Shown piece after piece: positions 20,124-30,322 of a stretch of DNA of 64,000 bases (positions are counted from its first letter, which is position 1; every line of letters begins with the position of its first letter). The stretch is from the NCBI GenBank assembly GCA_033723415.1, contig JAWVXD010000005.1:32001-96000 (forward strand), in the 5' to 3' direction. The notes under the pieces were generated by a model, which was not told the origin of the DNA, made no database searches, and was given only the letters and a program-made list of their open reading frames with translations. This DNA comes from Sulfurospirillaceae bacterium (GTDB lineage: Bacteria; Campylobacterota; Campylobacteria; Campylobacterales; Sulfurospirillaceae). Made by a program: the position numbers and the translations under genes.

Positions 20124-22623
20124 CCAACTATCAAAACTGAAACTTTTCAAGATATATGCAGATCAAATTGTTTTTATGCTGATATTTTTGATCCTATTTT
20201 CACTTTATGTTTTTTATCAATTAAATACAATACATGAAAAAGAGAGTAACTACATAAAAATCAGTGATACGATTCATAAACTTAAACTTATTAACAGTGA
20301 TTTCAATAATTTTTTCCTAAATCAAAAAATAGTAATAAATTACGATAACATAAAAAATAAAGTCTCTGATTTTTCCAACTCTCTTGACTATCTCGGCAGT
20401 GTGTTTAATGGTACAGATTTAACTATGCACATCAATAGAATAAAAAACTTTTTTCAAAAAAAGAGAGAATTAATAGAAAAATTTAAATCATATAATGCTA
20501 TCAGTATGTATTCGCTTATTCATATACTTAACCTATCCAATACCATCAAGAATAACGTAGATACAGATGTTCACAACATAGAAAAAATCAATCCTCTTAT
20601 TGACAATTCTATATACGATCTAATCAAAATTTATCTCAATCTAGGGATAGATTCGACAACCATTAAAACAAATTTAAAAAAACTACAAAAACAAAATAAT
20701 ATAATTCACAATGAAAGAATATCCCTTTTTTTAGCACAAATAAACGATACTATAAATAAAATCACATATGTAGAGAGCATAAAAGCAAAGGCTAGCAAAA
20801 TTCCTCTAGACACTGAGATTTCTACACTAAATGAAGTATTCAATACAAAACACAATAATCTCATGTCCTATCAAGAAAAAATCTTGTATTTTATATTTTT
20901 TGTGGCATTATCTTTGATTTTTATATTATTATACGTCTATATAAAATCTATACGTATAAAACAAGATTTACTAGCATTTAGGTATGCTGTCGAGAACAGT
21001 GATGATTCAATAGTTATCACAGACAAGAATAGACACATAACATATATAAATGATGCTTTCGTTAAGATATCAGGCTACACAAAGGAAGAAGTCCTGGGGC
21101 AGGATCCAAAAATTCTTCAATCTGGAGAATTGGAAAAAGAATTCTATACAAATATGAATAATACACTCAATAGAGGAGAAAAATGGTCAGGAGAGTTTGT
21201 AAATAAAAAGAAAAATGGTGAAGTATACTATGAAAAATCTTCTATCACTCCTATGATCACAGATGGCAAATTAACAGGATATCTGGCTATAAAATTAGAT
21301 GTAACCGACTATATAAAAGAACAAAAAAAGGTTGAATTTCTAGCTTATCATGATTCTTTGACAACTTTACCGAATAGATTGAGCCTAAAGATGATCTTAA
21401 ACAAAGAATACAAAAATCTGAAACAAAATAAATCTACTTTATCTTTACTGTTTCTAGATTTAGACGGATTTAAAACAATCAACGATACTTTAGGACATGA
21501 AATAGGTGATATGGTTTTATCAAAGATAGCAATGATGATAAGATCATATGTAAAGGAAGATAATAGAGTATTTAGGACAGGAGGAGATGAATTTGCTATC
21601 TTATTGTCAAACAAAGTAAATCATAGCATAAAAGTAGCTACAGAAATTTTACAAATATTTAACGAACCGATTACAGTAAATAATATTTTAATGAGAATAG
21701 GCGTAAGTATAGGAATTGCAAATTATACCGATGATTTTGATGATGACATATTTTCACTTATAAAATACGCTGACATGGCTCTTTATCAAGCAAAGAAAAA
21801 CGGTAAAAATAGATATATAGTGTTCAACAGACAATTATCTGAAAATATACACAAAAAGATGGAAGTCGAGCAAGCGCTCTCAAACGCACTAAAAAATAAT
21901 GAATTTTATGTTGTATATCAACCAAAATATAATATTAAAACTAAAGAATTCGTTTCTATGGAAGCCTTAATCAGATGGGAAAATGAAAAACTCGGCATCA
22001 TACCGCCTGATTATTTCATCCCAATAGCCGAAGATTTAAGTTTTATCCATGAAATAGGGAAGTTTGTATTTGCCAAGGCTTGTGAAGATTTTATAGAATT
22101 TAAAAAAGTTTACAAAAAACTGCAAAGTGTTTCCATCAACGTATCAGCTTCGCAACTGATAAATAAATCTTTAGCAAAAGACTTTCAAAATATCATTCGT
22201 GATTATAATATTTCTGCAAACAATATAGGTATAGAAATTACCGAAACTCATATTATGCATGACGTAGATGAAAATATCATATCTCTGCAAAAGATGAAAG
22301 ATCTTGGATTTAAAATAATATTGGATGATTTTGGAACCGGATATTCTTCTATGAGCTATCTAAAAAAACTTCCTGTAGAATTGCTGAAAATTGATAAATC
22401 CTTTATCGACAACATTTGTACTGATATAAATGATCTTAATATTGTTAAAGCGACAATAGCACTGTCTAAAAGCCTTGGATACAAAACTATAGCTGAGGGA
22501 ATAGAGACAAAAGAACAAGAAGATATCTTAATAGAACTTGGAGTAGACTGTGGTCAAGGATATCTATTTTCTAAACCAAAAACAAAAGAAGAATTTATAG
22601 ATTTTATCAAAGACAGATCATGA
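20113..22623 (+). CDS. Membrane sensor (helical periplasmic domain, possibly DAHL)-PAS-GGDEF-EAL protein
   Basis: Two TM helices flanking a ~220-aa helical region; PAS; RTGGDEF; MEALIRW, DDFGTGYSS, KIDKSF; ATG 20113 overlaps upstream gene end (ORF track starts 20092). Confidence 0.9.
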   Translation: MQNNQLSKLKLFKIYADQIVFMLIFLILFSLYVFYQLNTIHEKESNYIKISDTIHKLKLINSDFNNFFLNQKIVINYDNIKNKVSDFSNSLDYLGSVFNGTDLTMHINRIKNFFQKKRELIEKFKSYNAISMYSLIHILNLSNTIKNNVDTDVHNIEKINPLIDNSIYDLIKIYLNLGIDSTTIKTNLKKLQKQNNIIHNERISLFLAQINDTINKITYVESIKAKASKIPLDTEISTLNEVFNTKHNNLMSYQEKILYFIFFVALSLIFILLYVYIKSIRIKQDLLAFRYAVENSDDSIVITDKNRHITYINDAFVKISGYTKEEVLGQDPKILQSGELEKEFYTNMNNTLNRGEKWSGEFVNKKKNGEVYYEKSSITPMITDGKLTGYLAIKLDVTDYIKEQKKVEFLAYHDSLTTLPNRLSLKMILNKEYKNLKQNKSTLSLLFLDLDGFKTINDTLGHEIGDMVLSKIAMMIRSYVKEDNRVFRTGGDEFAILLSNKVNHSIKVATEILQIFNEPITVNNILMRIGVSIGIANYTDDFDDDIFSLIKYADMALYQAKKNGKNRYIVFNRQLSENIHKKMEVEQALSNALKNNEFYVVYQPKYNIKTKEFVSMEALIRWENEKLGIIPPDYFIPIAEDLSFIHEIGKFVFAKACEDFIEFKKVYKKLQSVSINVSASQLINKSLAKDFQNIIRDYNISANNIGIEITETHIMHDVDENIISLQKMKDLGFKIILDDFGTGYSSMSYLKKLPVELLKIDKSFIDNICTDINDLNIVKATIALSKSLGYKTIAEGIETKEQEDILIELGVDCGQGYLFSKPKTKEEFIDFIKDRS

Positions 22624-22654
22624 TTCTGCGTGCAATACAAGTTGCACGCAGAAT
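22623..22654. terminator. Bidirectional terminator-like hairpin between convergent genes
   Basis: ATTCTGCGTGCAA-TACAAG-TTGCACGCAGAAT, 13-bp perfect stem. Confidence 0.75.
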
Positions 22655-22664
22655 ATTAAACAGA

Positions 22665-24209
22665 TTATATTAAATTTTCTTTAACAAATCTTAGCCCTTC
22701 TTTCATAGAAATATAACTATTTAGTGCACCTATATATGCTTTGGCAGTTGCTTGCATTGTATCCACGCTCAAGCCGTGTCCTAAGATCGCAGGCTTGTCT
22801 TCATCAAAAACAACTTTTACTATGACACGAGCAAGTGCGTCTTTACCTTGCGTTACAGAATCCACTTTGTATTCTTTTAATTTTCCTTCTACCCCGCAAA
22901 CTCGATCAATAACTTTAAAGATCGCATCCATTGTACCATTTCCGATGGCTGCATCTGTGATGTTCTTTCCGTCATGACGTATTGTGACTGCTGCATTTGG
23001 AACACCGCCCGGGTTACAATCTGAAAGCTGCAATGTGACCAACTCAAAAACTTCAGAAATCTTGATAATCTCTGCTGAGATCAATGCTCTGATATCATCA
23101 TCAAATATCTCTTTTTTTGCATCTGCTAAAACTTTAAATTTTTCAAAAGCTACATTTGTATCTTCTTCGTTCAAACTGTAACCTAAATTTTTTAATTTAT
23201 CTTTAAATGCATGTCTGCCTGAGTGTTTACCCATAACTAAGGAATTATTGTCAAGACCGATATCTTTTGCATTCATAATCTCATAAGTCTCAGCATGTTT
23301 TAAAACACCGTCTTGATGGATTCCACTTTCATGAGCAAAAGCATTTTTGCCTACTATCGCCTTATTTGGTTGAGGCTCGATCCCGGTTACTGTAGAGACT
23401 AATTTACTTGTCGGATATATCTCTTTTATATTTATATTTGTATTGTAATCTGAAAAAATATCTTTTCTTGTTTTTAATATCATGACAATCTCTTCAAGCG
23501 CTGCGTTTCCTGCCCGCTCACCCAAACCATTGATAGTACATTCTATCTGTCTTGCACCGTTTTGTATGCAAGCTATTGAGTTGGCAACTGCCAAACCTAA
23601 ATCATTATGACAATGCACAGAAAGTATGGCTCTGCCATCAACACTTTCATGCAAAGATTTTATGATCTCACCCATCTCACCTGGCATTCTATATCCAACA
23701 GTATCAGGGATATTTAATGTCGTAGCACCTGCTATAATCACGGCATCCAATATCTCTTTCATAAATCCTATATCACTTCTGCCTGCATCTTCACAGCTAA
23801 ACTCTACGTCATCACAAAAAGTTTTAGCATAAGTGACTGCTTCAACGGCTTTTTTGATAACTTGATCAGGAGTCATCTTTAATTTATATTCCATATGGAT
23901 TGGACTTGTTGCTATAAAAGTGTGTATTCGTCTTTTATTTGCACTTTTAATAGCTTCTCCGGCTGCTTTTATGTCGCTTTCCATTGCACGGGCTAATGAG
24001 CATACCGTAGAATTTTTAACTTGATCACTTATCCTTTTAATCGCACCAAAATCTCCCGGGCTTGCTGCTGCGAAACCTGCTTCTATAACATCTACACCTA
24101 ATTTTTCCAATTGAAGTGCTATCTGAATCTTTTCCTCTGTATTCATCGATGCACCTGGACTTTGTTCGCCGTCTCTTAATGTCGTATCAAATATAATTAT
24201 ATCATTCAT
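22665..24209 (-). CDS. leuA: 2-isopropylmalate synthase
   Basis: [34 protein letters not shown]-terminal regulatory domain. Confidence 0.96.
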   Translation of the reverse strand: MNDIIIFDTTLRDGEQSPGASMNTEEKIQIALQLEKLGVDVIEAGFAAASPGDFGAIKRISDQVKNSTVCSLARAMESDIKAAGEAIKSANKRRIHTFIATSPIHMEYKLKMTPDQVIKKAVEAVTYAKTFCDDVEFSCEDAGRSDIGFMKEILDAVIIAGATTLNIPDTVGYRMPGEMGEIIKSLHESVDGRAILSVHCHNDLGLAVANSIACIQNGARQIECTINGLGERAGNAALEEIVMILKTRKDIFSDYNTNINIKEIYPTSKLVSTVTGIEPQPNKAIVGKNAFAHESGIHQDGVLKHAETYEIMNAKDIGLDNNSLVMGKHSGRHAFKDKLKNLGYSLNEEDTNVAFEKFKVLADAKKEIFDDDIRALISAEIIKISEVFELVTLQLSDCNPGGVPNAAVTIRHDGKNITDAAIGNGTMDAIFKVIDRVCGVEGKLKEYKVDSVTQGKDALARVIVKVVFDEDKPAILGHGLSVDTMQATAKAYIGALNSYISMKEGLRFVKENLI

Positions 24210-24262
24210 TGTATTTTTCCTTAATTTGTATATTGTGTTAAATTTAGTAAAGTATTAAATAA

Positions 24263-24358
24263 TTAGAGAGAGAGGAGGTTTTGCAGGAGAGCGTTTTTGA
24301 TTTCGATTTTAGGTAAGAATTTTAATGATTTTGCTATTCCGATGTGTACACCGTTCAC
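24263..24358 (-). CDS. Putative leu leader peptide, 31 aa (MNGVHIGIAKSLKFLPKIEIKNALLQNLLSL)
   Basis: GTG start 5 nt after AAGGAG; 5 of last 8 codons are Leu (CTC CTG..CTC CTC..CTC); directly upstream of leuA. Confidence 0.78.
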   Translation of the reverse strand: MNGVHIGIAKSLKFLPKIEIKNALLQNLLSL

Positions 24359-24390
24359 AATTTCTCCTTTCGTAATAAATTTTGTTGTTT

Positions 24391-24396
24391 ATTATA
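24391..24396 (-). promoter_or_regulatory. sigma70 -10 box for the leader/leuA transcript
   Basis: Perfect TATAAT on minus strand immediately after the pssA stop codon. Confidence 0.6.
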
Positions 24397-25125
24397 CTAA
24401 TTTTTTCTGTATTTTGCAATTGAAAAATTATAAATGGCTCTACACATACCGTAAAACAGATAAGCTGTTACAATTACTGTCAAACTTTCTATAGGATAAA
24501 GATATATAATTGAAAAGACCATAACAAGATAAACCAATACTTTAGTCAAATTCGGTTTTGTTAAATTTATCTTTTTGAAACTCGGATACCTGAAATTACT
24601 GACCATCAAAAGTGATATTAATCCGATACCTACTAGAACTATCATATTATACTCTTTTAAAAAGGCATACTTTTCAATCATGAGAATCCACATAGTAAGT
24701 ACAACTGCAGCAGTAGGAATTGGAACACCTATAAACACTGAAGGTTCACTTCCACTTATCATGACGTTGAATCTTGCTAATCTTATGGCTCCAAAAACGA
24801 CATACATAGCAGCAAGTAAAGAACCGACCTTACCGTAATTTATACCGACACTATAATAAAACAACATCGCCGGGGCAGCTCCAAAAGCAACTATGTCAGC
24901 CAAAGAGTCAAACTCTGCACCAAATTTACTTGCAGTGTTCGTAAGTCTTGCTACTCTTCCGTCTAGTCCGTCAAAAACCAATGAAAGAAGTATAAAAATT
25001 GCTGCTTTTTCAAAATCACCTTTAACAGAAGTCAAAATACTTATAACTCCGACAAAAATACTGGCAGCTGTAAATAAATTTGGAAATATATAAATTAACT
25101 GTATTTTATTAGTATTATTATTCAT
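24397..25125 (-). CDS. pssA: CDP-diacylglycerol--serine O-phosphatidyltransferase
   Basis: PNLFT, DGLDGRVAR...G.EFDSLAD CDP-alcohol phosphotransferase motif, RLARFN. Confidence 0.95.
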   Translation of the reverse strand: MNNNTNKIQLIYIFPNLFTAASIFVGVISILTSVKGDFEKAAIFILLSLVFDGLDGRVARLTNTASKFGAEFDSLADIVAFGAAPAMLFYYSVGINYGKVGSLLAAMYVVFGAIRLARFNVMISGSEPSVFIGVPIPTAAVVLTMWILMIEKYAFLKEYNMIVLVGIGLISLLMVSNFRYPSFKKINLTKPNLTKVLVYLVMVFSIIYLYPIESLTVIVTAYLFYGMCRAIYNFSIAKYRKN

Positions 25126-25774
25126 AATCTTCTACCTTTGAAGAAAAATAGCCCAAAACGCTCTCTCCTGCTTTTACTTTATCACCCAAATTCACTTTTA
25201 TCCTAACGCTTAAGGGTAAAAGCAATTCCACTTTACCATCGACCAAGATGCCAAGTCTTTCGGCAAACTTCAATCTGCCGATTTTTTTAAATAATTCAAT
25301 TTTTCTCGCAAATAGTCCACCATTTATTATCATTACAATAACACCAAAATGTGATTTAAATGACAATATAGCTCTTTCATTAAGCTTTTTTGAAAGCTTA
25401 TTCTCAATCTCCAAAAAAAGACCATGTATGATTTTTGTTTTAATGAAAGCAACTGATGCCGGAGATCTCAATATAGAAGCATCAAGAATATTCTTTCTAA
25501 TTTCTACTTTCAAAAATTCTGTTTTATCTTTGACCACAACCTTGGAAATATTTGTTATTTTGCCATCAACTGGCGCCAAAACAGACATTTTATCATCTTC
25601 CGCAGGTATTCTTTCAAAATTTCTATATATAAATGCTGAAAGAAGCAGTAATAAAAAAAATAACCAACTAAGGAAACCTATACAATATGACACAACAAAT
25701 AAAATGAAAAAAAAACTTACACACAGCCACCCTTCTTTAGCTATAAGTTGAGTGGTAGTATGTGATTTAAGCAT
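25118..25774 (-). CDS. Phosphatidylserine decarboxylase-related protein (catalytic Ser motif absent)
   Basis: IAKEG, LAPVDGKI, GDKVKAGESVLG; VDG at the position of FGS. Confidence 0.75.
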   Translation of the reverse strand: MLKSHTTTQLIAKEGWLCVSFFFILFVVSYCIGFLSWLFFLLLLLSAFIYRNFERIPAEDDKMSVLAPVDGKITNISKVVVKDKTEFLKVEIRKNILDASILRSPASVAFIKTKIIHGLFLEIENKLSKKLNERAILSFKSHFGVIVMIINGGLFARKIELFKKIGRLKFAERLGILVDGKVELLLPLSVRIKVNLGDKVKAGESVLGYFSSKVEDYE

Positions 25775-27728
25775 CTTTGCTTTCTTCTTGTTTTTCTATT
25801 GTAGTCTCTTTTCTAGCATGCATTTTTGTAGGCATATTATTTTCTATCTCAAATTCAGAAATTGTTTCTCTTAAAGCATCACCATCAATAGTTTCGTATT
25901 CTTTAAGTTTATCAACAATTCTTTCAATACACTCTCTGTATTCTTCAAGTCTTTCTTTTACAATTGCATATCTATCATTTAGCATTTGCTTAATATGGAT
26001 ATCTAGATTTTCAGCCATTTTTTCACTGTACTCTTTAGTGCTTCCGCCCATCAAAAACGTGTTTCTTTGTTTTTCCAGCACCATAAGTCCGGCAACATCA
26101 CTCATCCCGTAGATTCCAACCATAGATTTAACTATATCGGTAGCTCTCTCAAGGTCATTACCTGCACCTGTGGATATCTCTCCCAAGAACACTTCTTCAG
26201 CTGCACGACCACCTAAGAGAACATCTATCTCAGCGATCAATTCATGTTTTTGCATCAAATATTTATTTTCTTCAGGAGTATTTAGTGTATATCCAAGTGC
26301 AGCCAATCCTCTTGGTATAATAGATACTTTAGAAACACTTTTAGCGCCTTTGGTAGTCTCTGCTATAAGAGCATGACCACTCTCATGATAAGCAACGATT
26401 CTCTTCTCTTCAGGATTGATTCTTCTACTCTTTTTCTCTAATCCAGCTATAGCTCGCTCAACCGCTTCTATCATATCCTTTTGTTCTACATATTCTTTGC
26501 TCTTTCTACCTGCGAGCAGTGCTGCTTCATTTATAATATTTGCTAGGTCTGCACCGGCTAAACCTGCCGTCATTCTTGCGATCTCTTCTATACTGATATC
26601 TTTTGATAGTTTTATATCAGTAATATGAACTTTTAAGATATCAACTCTTCCTTTAAAATCAGGCTTATCAACTAAAACTTGTCTATCAAATCTACCAGGT
26701 CTCAAAAGAGCGGCATCAAGTACTTCCGGCCTATTTGTAGCTGCAAGTACGATAACCGGTGATTTATCTGAACTAAATCCGTCCATTTCAGCCAAGAGCT
26801 GATTTAGAGTTTGTTCTCTCTCATCATTACCACCCATCTGACCATTTGCTGCTCTACTTTTTCCTATAGCGTCTATCTCATCTATAAACACGATAGCAGG
26901 TGCTTCTTTTTTAGCATTTTCAAATAAATCTCTAACCCTGCTAGCTCCTACTCCAACGAACATTTCTATAAAGCTTGAACCTGAAACTGAGAAAAAAGGA
27001 ACATCCGCTTCTCCTGCGACAGCTTTTGCCAAAAGAGTTTTACCTGTGCCTGGAGGTCCTACTAACAGCACACCTTTTGGTATCTTTGCACCAAGATTAA
27101 TATATCTGCTTGGGTGTTTCAAAAAATCGACTATCTCTTTTACTTCTTCTTTTGCTTCTTCAACGCCTGCAACATCATTAAAAGTAACTTTTGGTTTCTC
27201 TGAATTGACTAGTTTTTTGCTACTTCCCATACCTAGGATCCCACCACCCATATTTTTTTGCATTCTGTTTGCCAACAGCATCCAAATACCAAAAAAGATA
27301 AACACTGGAAGAACCCAAGAAAAGAGTATCTCCGAAAATACATTTGTTTCGTTATAACCGCCGTAAGGAATTTTTTTTGCTTCTAATTGAGATATTAGAT
27401 TATTATCTCCTGCGACTTTTTTGACTATATAAACATCTTTTACTGTACCATTTTGAACATATGCTCTAATAGTTGTTTGTCCAATTGCAACATATGAAGG
27501 TTTGCCTTCTTTAACAAGCTCTTTAAATTGATAGTAATTAATATTTTTTGTCACAGCATTAGAAGAAGAGCTTAGAGAATTGCCGATCATACCGTCATCA
27601 GGAGTTATGAAATTTTTAAATATCACTATCACAACTATCGAAAAAATTGCAAAAACCAATAAAGGGTTTTGGTTAAAGAAATTATTCCCTTTTTTATTAT
27701 TATTGTTATTATTATTATTTTGTGCCAT
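25767..27728 (-). CDS. ftsH: ATP-dependent zinc metalloprotease FtsH
   Basis: 2 [28 protein letters not shown]. Confidence 0.98.
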   Translation of the reverse strand: MAQNNNNNNNNKKGNNFFNQNPLLVFAIFSIVVIVIFKNFITPDDGMIGNSLSSSSNAVTKNINYYQFKELVKEGKPSYVAIGQTTIRAYVQNGTVKDVYIVKKVAGDNNLISQLEAKKIPYGGYNETNVFSEILFSWVLPVFIFFGIWMLLANRMQKNMGGGILGMGSSKKLVNSEKPKVTFNDVAGVEEAKEEVKEIVDFLKHPSRYINLGAKIPKGVLLVGPPGTGKTLLAKAVAGEADVPFFSVSGSSFIEMFVGVGASRVRDLFENAKKEAPAIVFIDEIDAIGKSRAANGQMGGNDEREQTLNQLLAEMDGFSSDKSPVIVLAATNRPEVLDAALLRPGRFDRQVLVDKPDFKGRVDILKVHITDIKLSKDISIEEIARMTAGLAGADLANIINEAALLAGRKSKEYVEQKDMIEAVERAIAGLEKKSRRINPEEKRIVAYHESGHALIAETTKGAKSVSKVSIIPRGLAALGYTLNTPEENKYLMQKHELIAEIDVLLGGRAAEEVFLGEISTGAGNDLERATDIVKSMVGIYGMSDVAGLMVLEKQRNTFLMGGSTKEYSEKMAENLDIHIKQMLNDRYAIVKERLEEYRECIERIVDKLKEYETIDGDALRETISEFEIENNMPTKMHARKETTIEKQEESKDA

Positions 27729-28557
27729 CTATAACCTTTTTAAAAACTAGTGTGTACCATTCATTTTTTTTATATTTTTCCACAAGTTCCATATTTGTAA
27801 ATTTCGCTTGTACTTTATCTAAATATTTGTCTAATATTCCTGAGAGTATCAATACTCCACCAACTTCTACTTTTTTAATCAAATCTTGGCTTAGCATTAC
27901 TAATATATCAGCTATGATATTTGCTACAACAACATTATATTTTTTTTTACTCGCACTTACTGAACCTACCCATGATGAATTAAAAGCTTCATTGTTTAGC
28001 TCAAAATTATCTTCAGAACTCTTTACGGCAAGCTCGTCTGTATCGCAAAAATCAACAACTGCTCCAAGTTTTGCAGCTACTATCGAGAGTATACCGCTGC
28101 CGCAGCCTACATCTAAGAATGTATCATTTTTTTGTAAATATTTTTGCAATTCTAAAATACATCCATAAGTACTTTCATGATGTCCTGATCCAAAAGCAAG
28201 TGCAGGATTTATAACAATATTTATTTTGTCATCTTTTGCTGTTTCCCAATCTGGTCTTATATAAAAATTCCCAACATCTATAGGCTTTATTGATTCTTGA
28301 TATTTTTTTATCCAATCCTCATTTTCCAGAATCTTCAAATCTGTTCTTAAAGCAATTTCTTTATTTGTAGTCGTAGCTAATCTTTGAGAGAAAACTTCAA
28401 GGGCGAAAATCAACATTTCCATATCTTCTTCGCTTCTTACGATAATACTGCCATCTTTTTCTTCGATCGCATCAAACCCTAAAGTAAAAATAAAATCTAT
28501 AAAATCAGAGTGGTTTGAATCAGCAGTAATATAAAGTTCATTATAGGTTTTTTTCAT
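27715..28557 (-). CDS. prmA: Ribosomal protein L11 methyltransferase
   Basis: PALAFGSGHHEST, LDVGCGSGILS, VVANI, LILSGI. Confidence 0.95.
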   Translation of the reverse strand: MKKTYNELYITADSNHSDFIDFIFTLGFDAIEEKDGSIIVRSEEDMEMLIFALEVFSQRLATTTNKEIALRTDLKILENEDWIKKYQESIKPIDVGNFYIRPDWETAKDDKINIVINPALAFGSGHHESTYGCILELQKYLQKNDTFLDVGCGSGILSIVAAKLGAVVDFCDTDELAVKSSEDNFELNNEAFNSSWVGSVSASKKKYNVVVANIIADILVMLSQDLIKKVEVGGVLILSGILDKYLDKVQAKFTNMELVEKYKKNEWYTLVFKKVIDGTK

Positions 28558-28560
28558 ATA

Positions 28561-28926
28561 TTAACCTAAGACATCCTCTAATTTTTCCTTTAGTACTTGA
28601 GGTGTAAAAGGCTTGACTATATAGTTATTGACCCCGGCTTTAAGGGCTGTAATAACTTCAGATTTACCACCTTCTGTCGTTACCATGATGATTGGCATAT
28701 CTTCATACTTAGACTCTGCCCTCACCTTTTTTACAAGTTCTAGACCATTCATTTCAGGCATATTCCAATCAGTAATCAACATTTCTATGTCACTGTTTTT
28801 TTGCATAACCTGCCAAGCTTCTACCCCATGTTCAGCTTCTAAAACATCGGTATATCCCAATCTAGCTAATGTGTTTTTTATAATTCGTCTCATTGTCGAA
28901 CTATCATCTACTACTAACAATTTCAC
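28561..28926 (-). CDS. cheY: Chemotaxis response regulator CheY
   Basis: VVDDSSTMRRI, DWNMP, MVTTE, YIVKPF; cheY-prmA-ftsH order. Confidence 0.95.
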   Translation of the reverse strand: MKLLVVDDSSTMRRIIKNTLARLGYTDVLEAEHGVEAWQVMQKNSDIEMLITDWNMPEMNGLELVKKVRAESKYEDMPIIMVTTEGGKSEVITALKAGVNNYIVKPFTPQVLKEKLEDVLG

Positions 28927-28996
28927 TAAAATCCTTTTTGATCAGTTGTATATGTCAACAAAATCTTCTAAATATTTCATATTATTCTAACCTAAT

Positions 28997-29710
28997 TTAC
29001 TTTGAAGTTGCTTTAAATGCTGTTTTTAAATCAATTGTCCCTTCATAAAAAGCTTTACCTACAATGACTCCGGATATTTTATTTGTTTCTTGCAATTTAA
29101 AGATATCAGACATATCTTTTACACCTCCACTTGCTATAGTGTCAACTTCTGAGGCCTGTGCAATCTCAAGAGTAAAATCTACATTCACCCCATCCAAGGT
29201 ACCGTCTTTAGCCACATCTGTGCATATTATAGCTTCTACCCCTGCATTTGCAAATTCTCTTGCAAGATCCGTTGCTTTCATGGTAGATTTTTCTGCCCAG
29301 CCCTCAACTGCAACAAAACCGTCTATCGCATCAATACCCACAACTATTCTGTATTTTTTTGTCATCTCTTTTACAAAATCTGGATCTTTTAATGCAATTG
29401 ATCCCAAAATAATTCTATCAATACCGATGTCTATATACTTCTTAATAGTTTTTTCATCTCTGATTCCGCCACCTAATTCCAAAGAAAGATTGCAGTTTTT
29501 TCTTATTTTCTCTATCTGTTTTAAGTTTTTCGGTTCTCCGGCAAAAGCACCGTTCAAATCAACTAAATGCAGCCAAGAAGAACCCATGTCTTCAAAGCTC
29601 TTTGCAAGAACCCATGGTTCATCAGAATATATTTTGGCACTGTGCATAAGACCTTTTGTCAGTCTTACGGCTTTTCCGTCTTTCAAATCTATCGCAGGTA
29701 AAATTTCCAT
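28997..29710 (-). CDS. hisA: ProFAR isomerase
   Basis: [33 protein letters not shown]. Confidence 0.96.
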   Translation of the reverse strand: MEILPAIDLKDGKAVRLTKGLMHSAKIYSDEPWVLAKSFEDMGSSWLHLVDLNGAFAGEPKNLKQIEKIRKNCNLSLELGGGIRDEKTIKKYIDIGIDRIILGSIALKDPDFVKEMTKKYRIVVGIDAIDGFVAVEGWAEKSTMKATDLAREFANAGVEAIICTDVAKDGTLDGVNVDFTLEIAQASEVDTIASGGVKDMSDIFKLQETNKISGVIVGKAFYEGTIDLKTAFKATSK

Positions 29711-30322
29711 CTATAACTCCACAAAATTTTTCAGTATCTTAAGTCCGTTGTCATGAGATTTTTCAGGGTGAGGCTGAATACCGAATATATTATCTTTTTG
29801 TACTGCACTTGGGAACTCATACCCATAAGTTGTTTTTCCGATAACAAAAGAATCATCACATACAACGTGAAAGCTATGAACAAAATACAGATATATTTCT
29901 TTGGGTAAACCTTTGAACAAAGGAGAATCTTTTTGTACGAAGATTTCATTCCAACCCATGTGAGGTACTTTTAGTTTAGAAGCGACTTTTGATCTGTCAA
30001 ATTCAACTACTTCTCCTTCAATCAATCCCAAACCTTTAGTCTCTCCGAATTCACAACTTCGATCAAATAGGAGTTGCATACCCAAGCATATACCAAGAAG
30101 TGGTTTGCCGGAATTCGCAAATTCTCTTACAGCTTTTATCATCCCCGTATTATCTAAACTTTCCATGGCATCTTTGTATGCACCCACACCCGGCAATATG
30201 ATCTTGTCATATTTTTTAAGCGCGTCACAATCACTTACTACTTCAGCCTTCTCACCTAACTTTTCAAAACTGTTACATACACTTTTAAGATTTCCCATAT
30301 TGTAGTCGACTATGGCTATCAT
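29711..30322 (-). CDS. hisH: Imidazole glycerol phosphate synthase, glutaminase subunit
   Basis: DYNMGN, LPGVG, GICLGMQ, PHMGWN, HPEKS. Confidence 0.96.
   Translation of the reverse strand: MIAIVDYNMGNLKSVCNSFEKLGEKAEVVSDCDALKKYDKIILPGVGAYKDAMESLDNTGMIKAVREFANSGKPLLGICLGMQLLFDRSCEFGETKGLGLIEGEVVEFDRSKVASKLKVPHMGWNEIFVQKDSPLFKGLPKEIYLYFVHSFHVVCDDSFVIGKTTYGYEFPSAVQKDNIFGIQPHPEKSHDNGLKILKNFVEL

Noticed and set aside
24297..24494. 65-aa plus-strand ORF upstream of leuA
   Set aside because: Antisense to the pssA end and to the better-supported Leu-rich leader; no SD or motif.
27692..27722. AAT/AAC microsatellite at the ftsH 5' end as a phase-variable tract
   Set aside because: In-frame, imperfect trinucleotide run encoding a poly-Asn N-terminus; length change would not switch the frame.
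29064..29756. Long antisense ORFs in the track (e.g. 29064-29756, 8563-9132, 25248-25751, 27722-28168)
   Set aside because: They mirror well-conserved genes on the opposite strand, show no recognisable motifs, and are expected shadows of codon bias.
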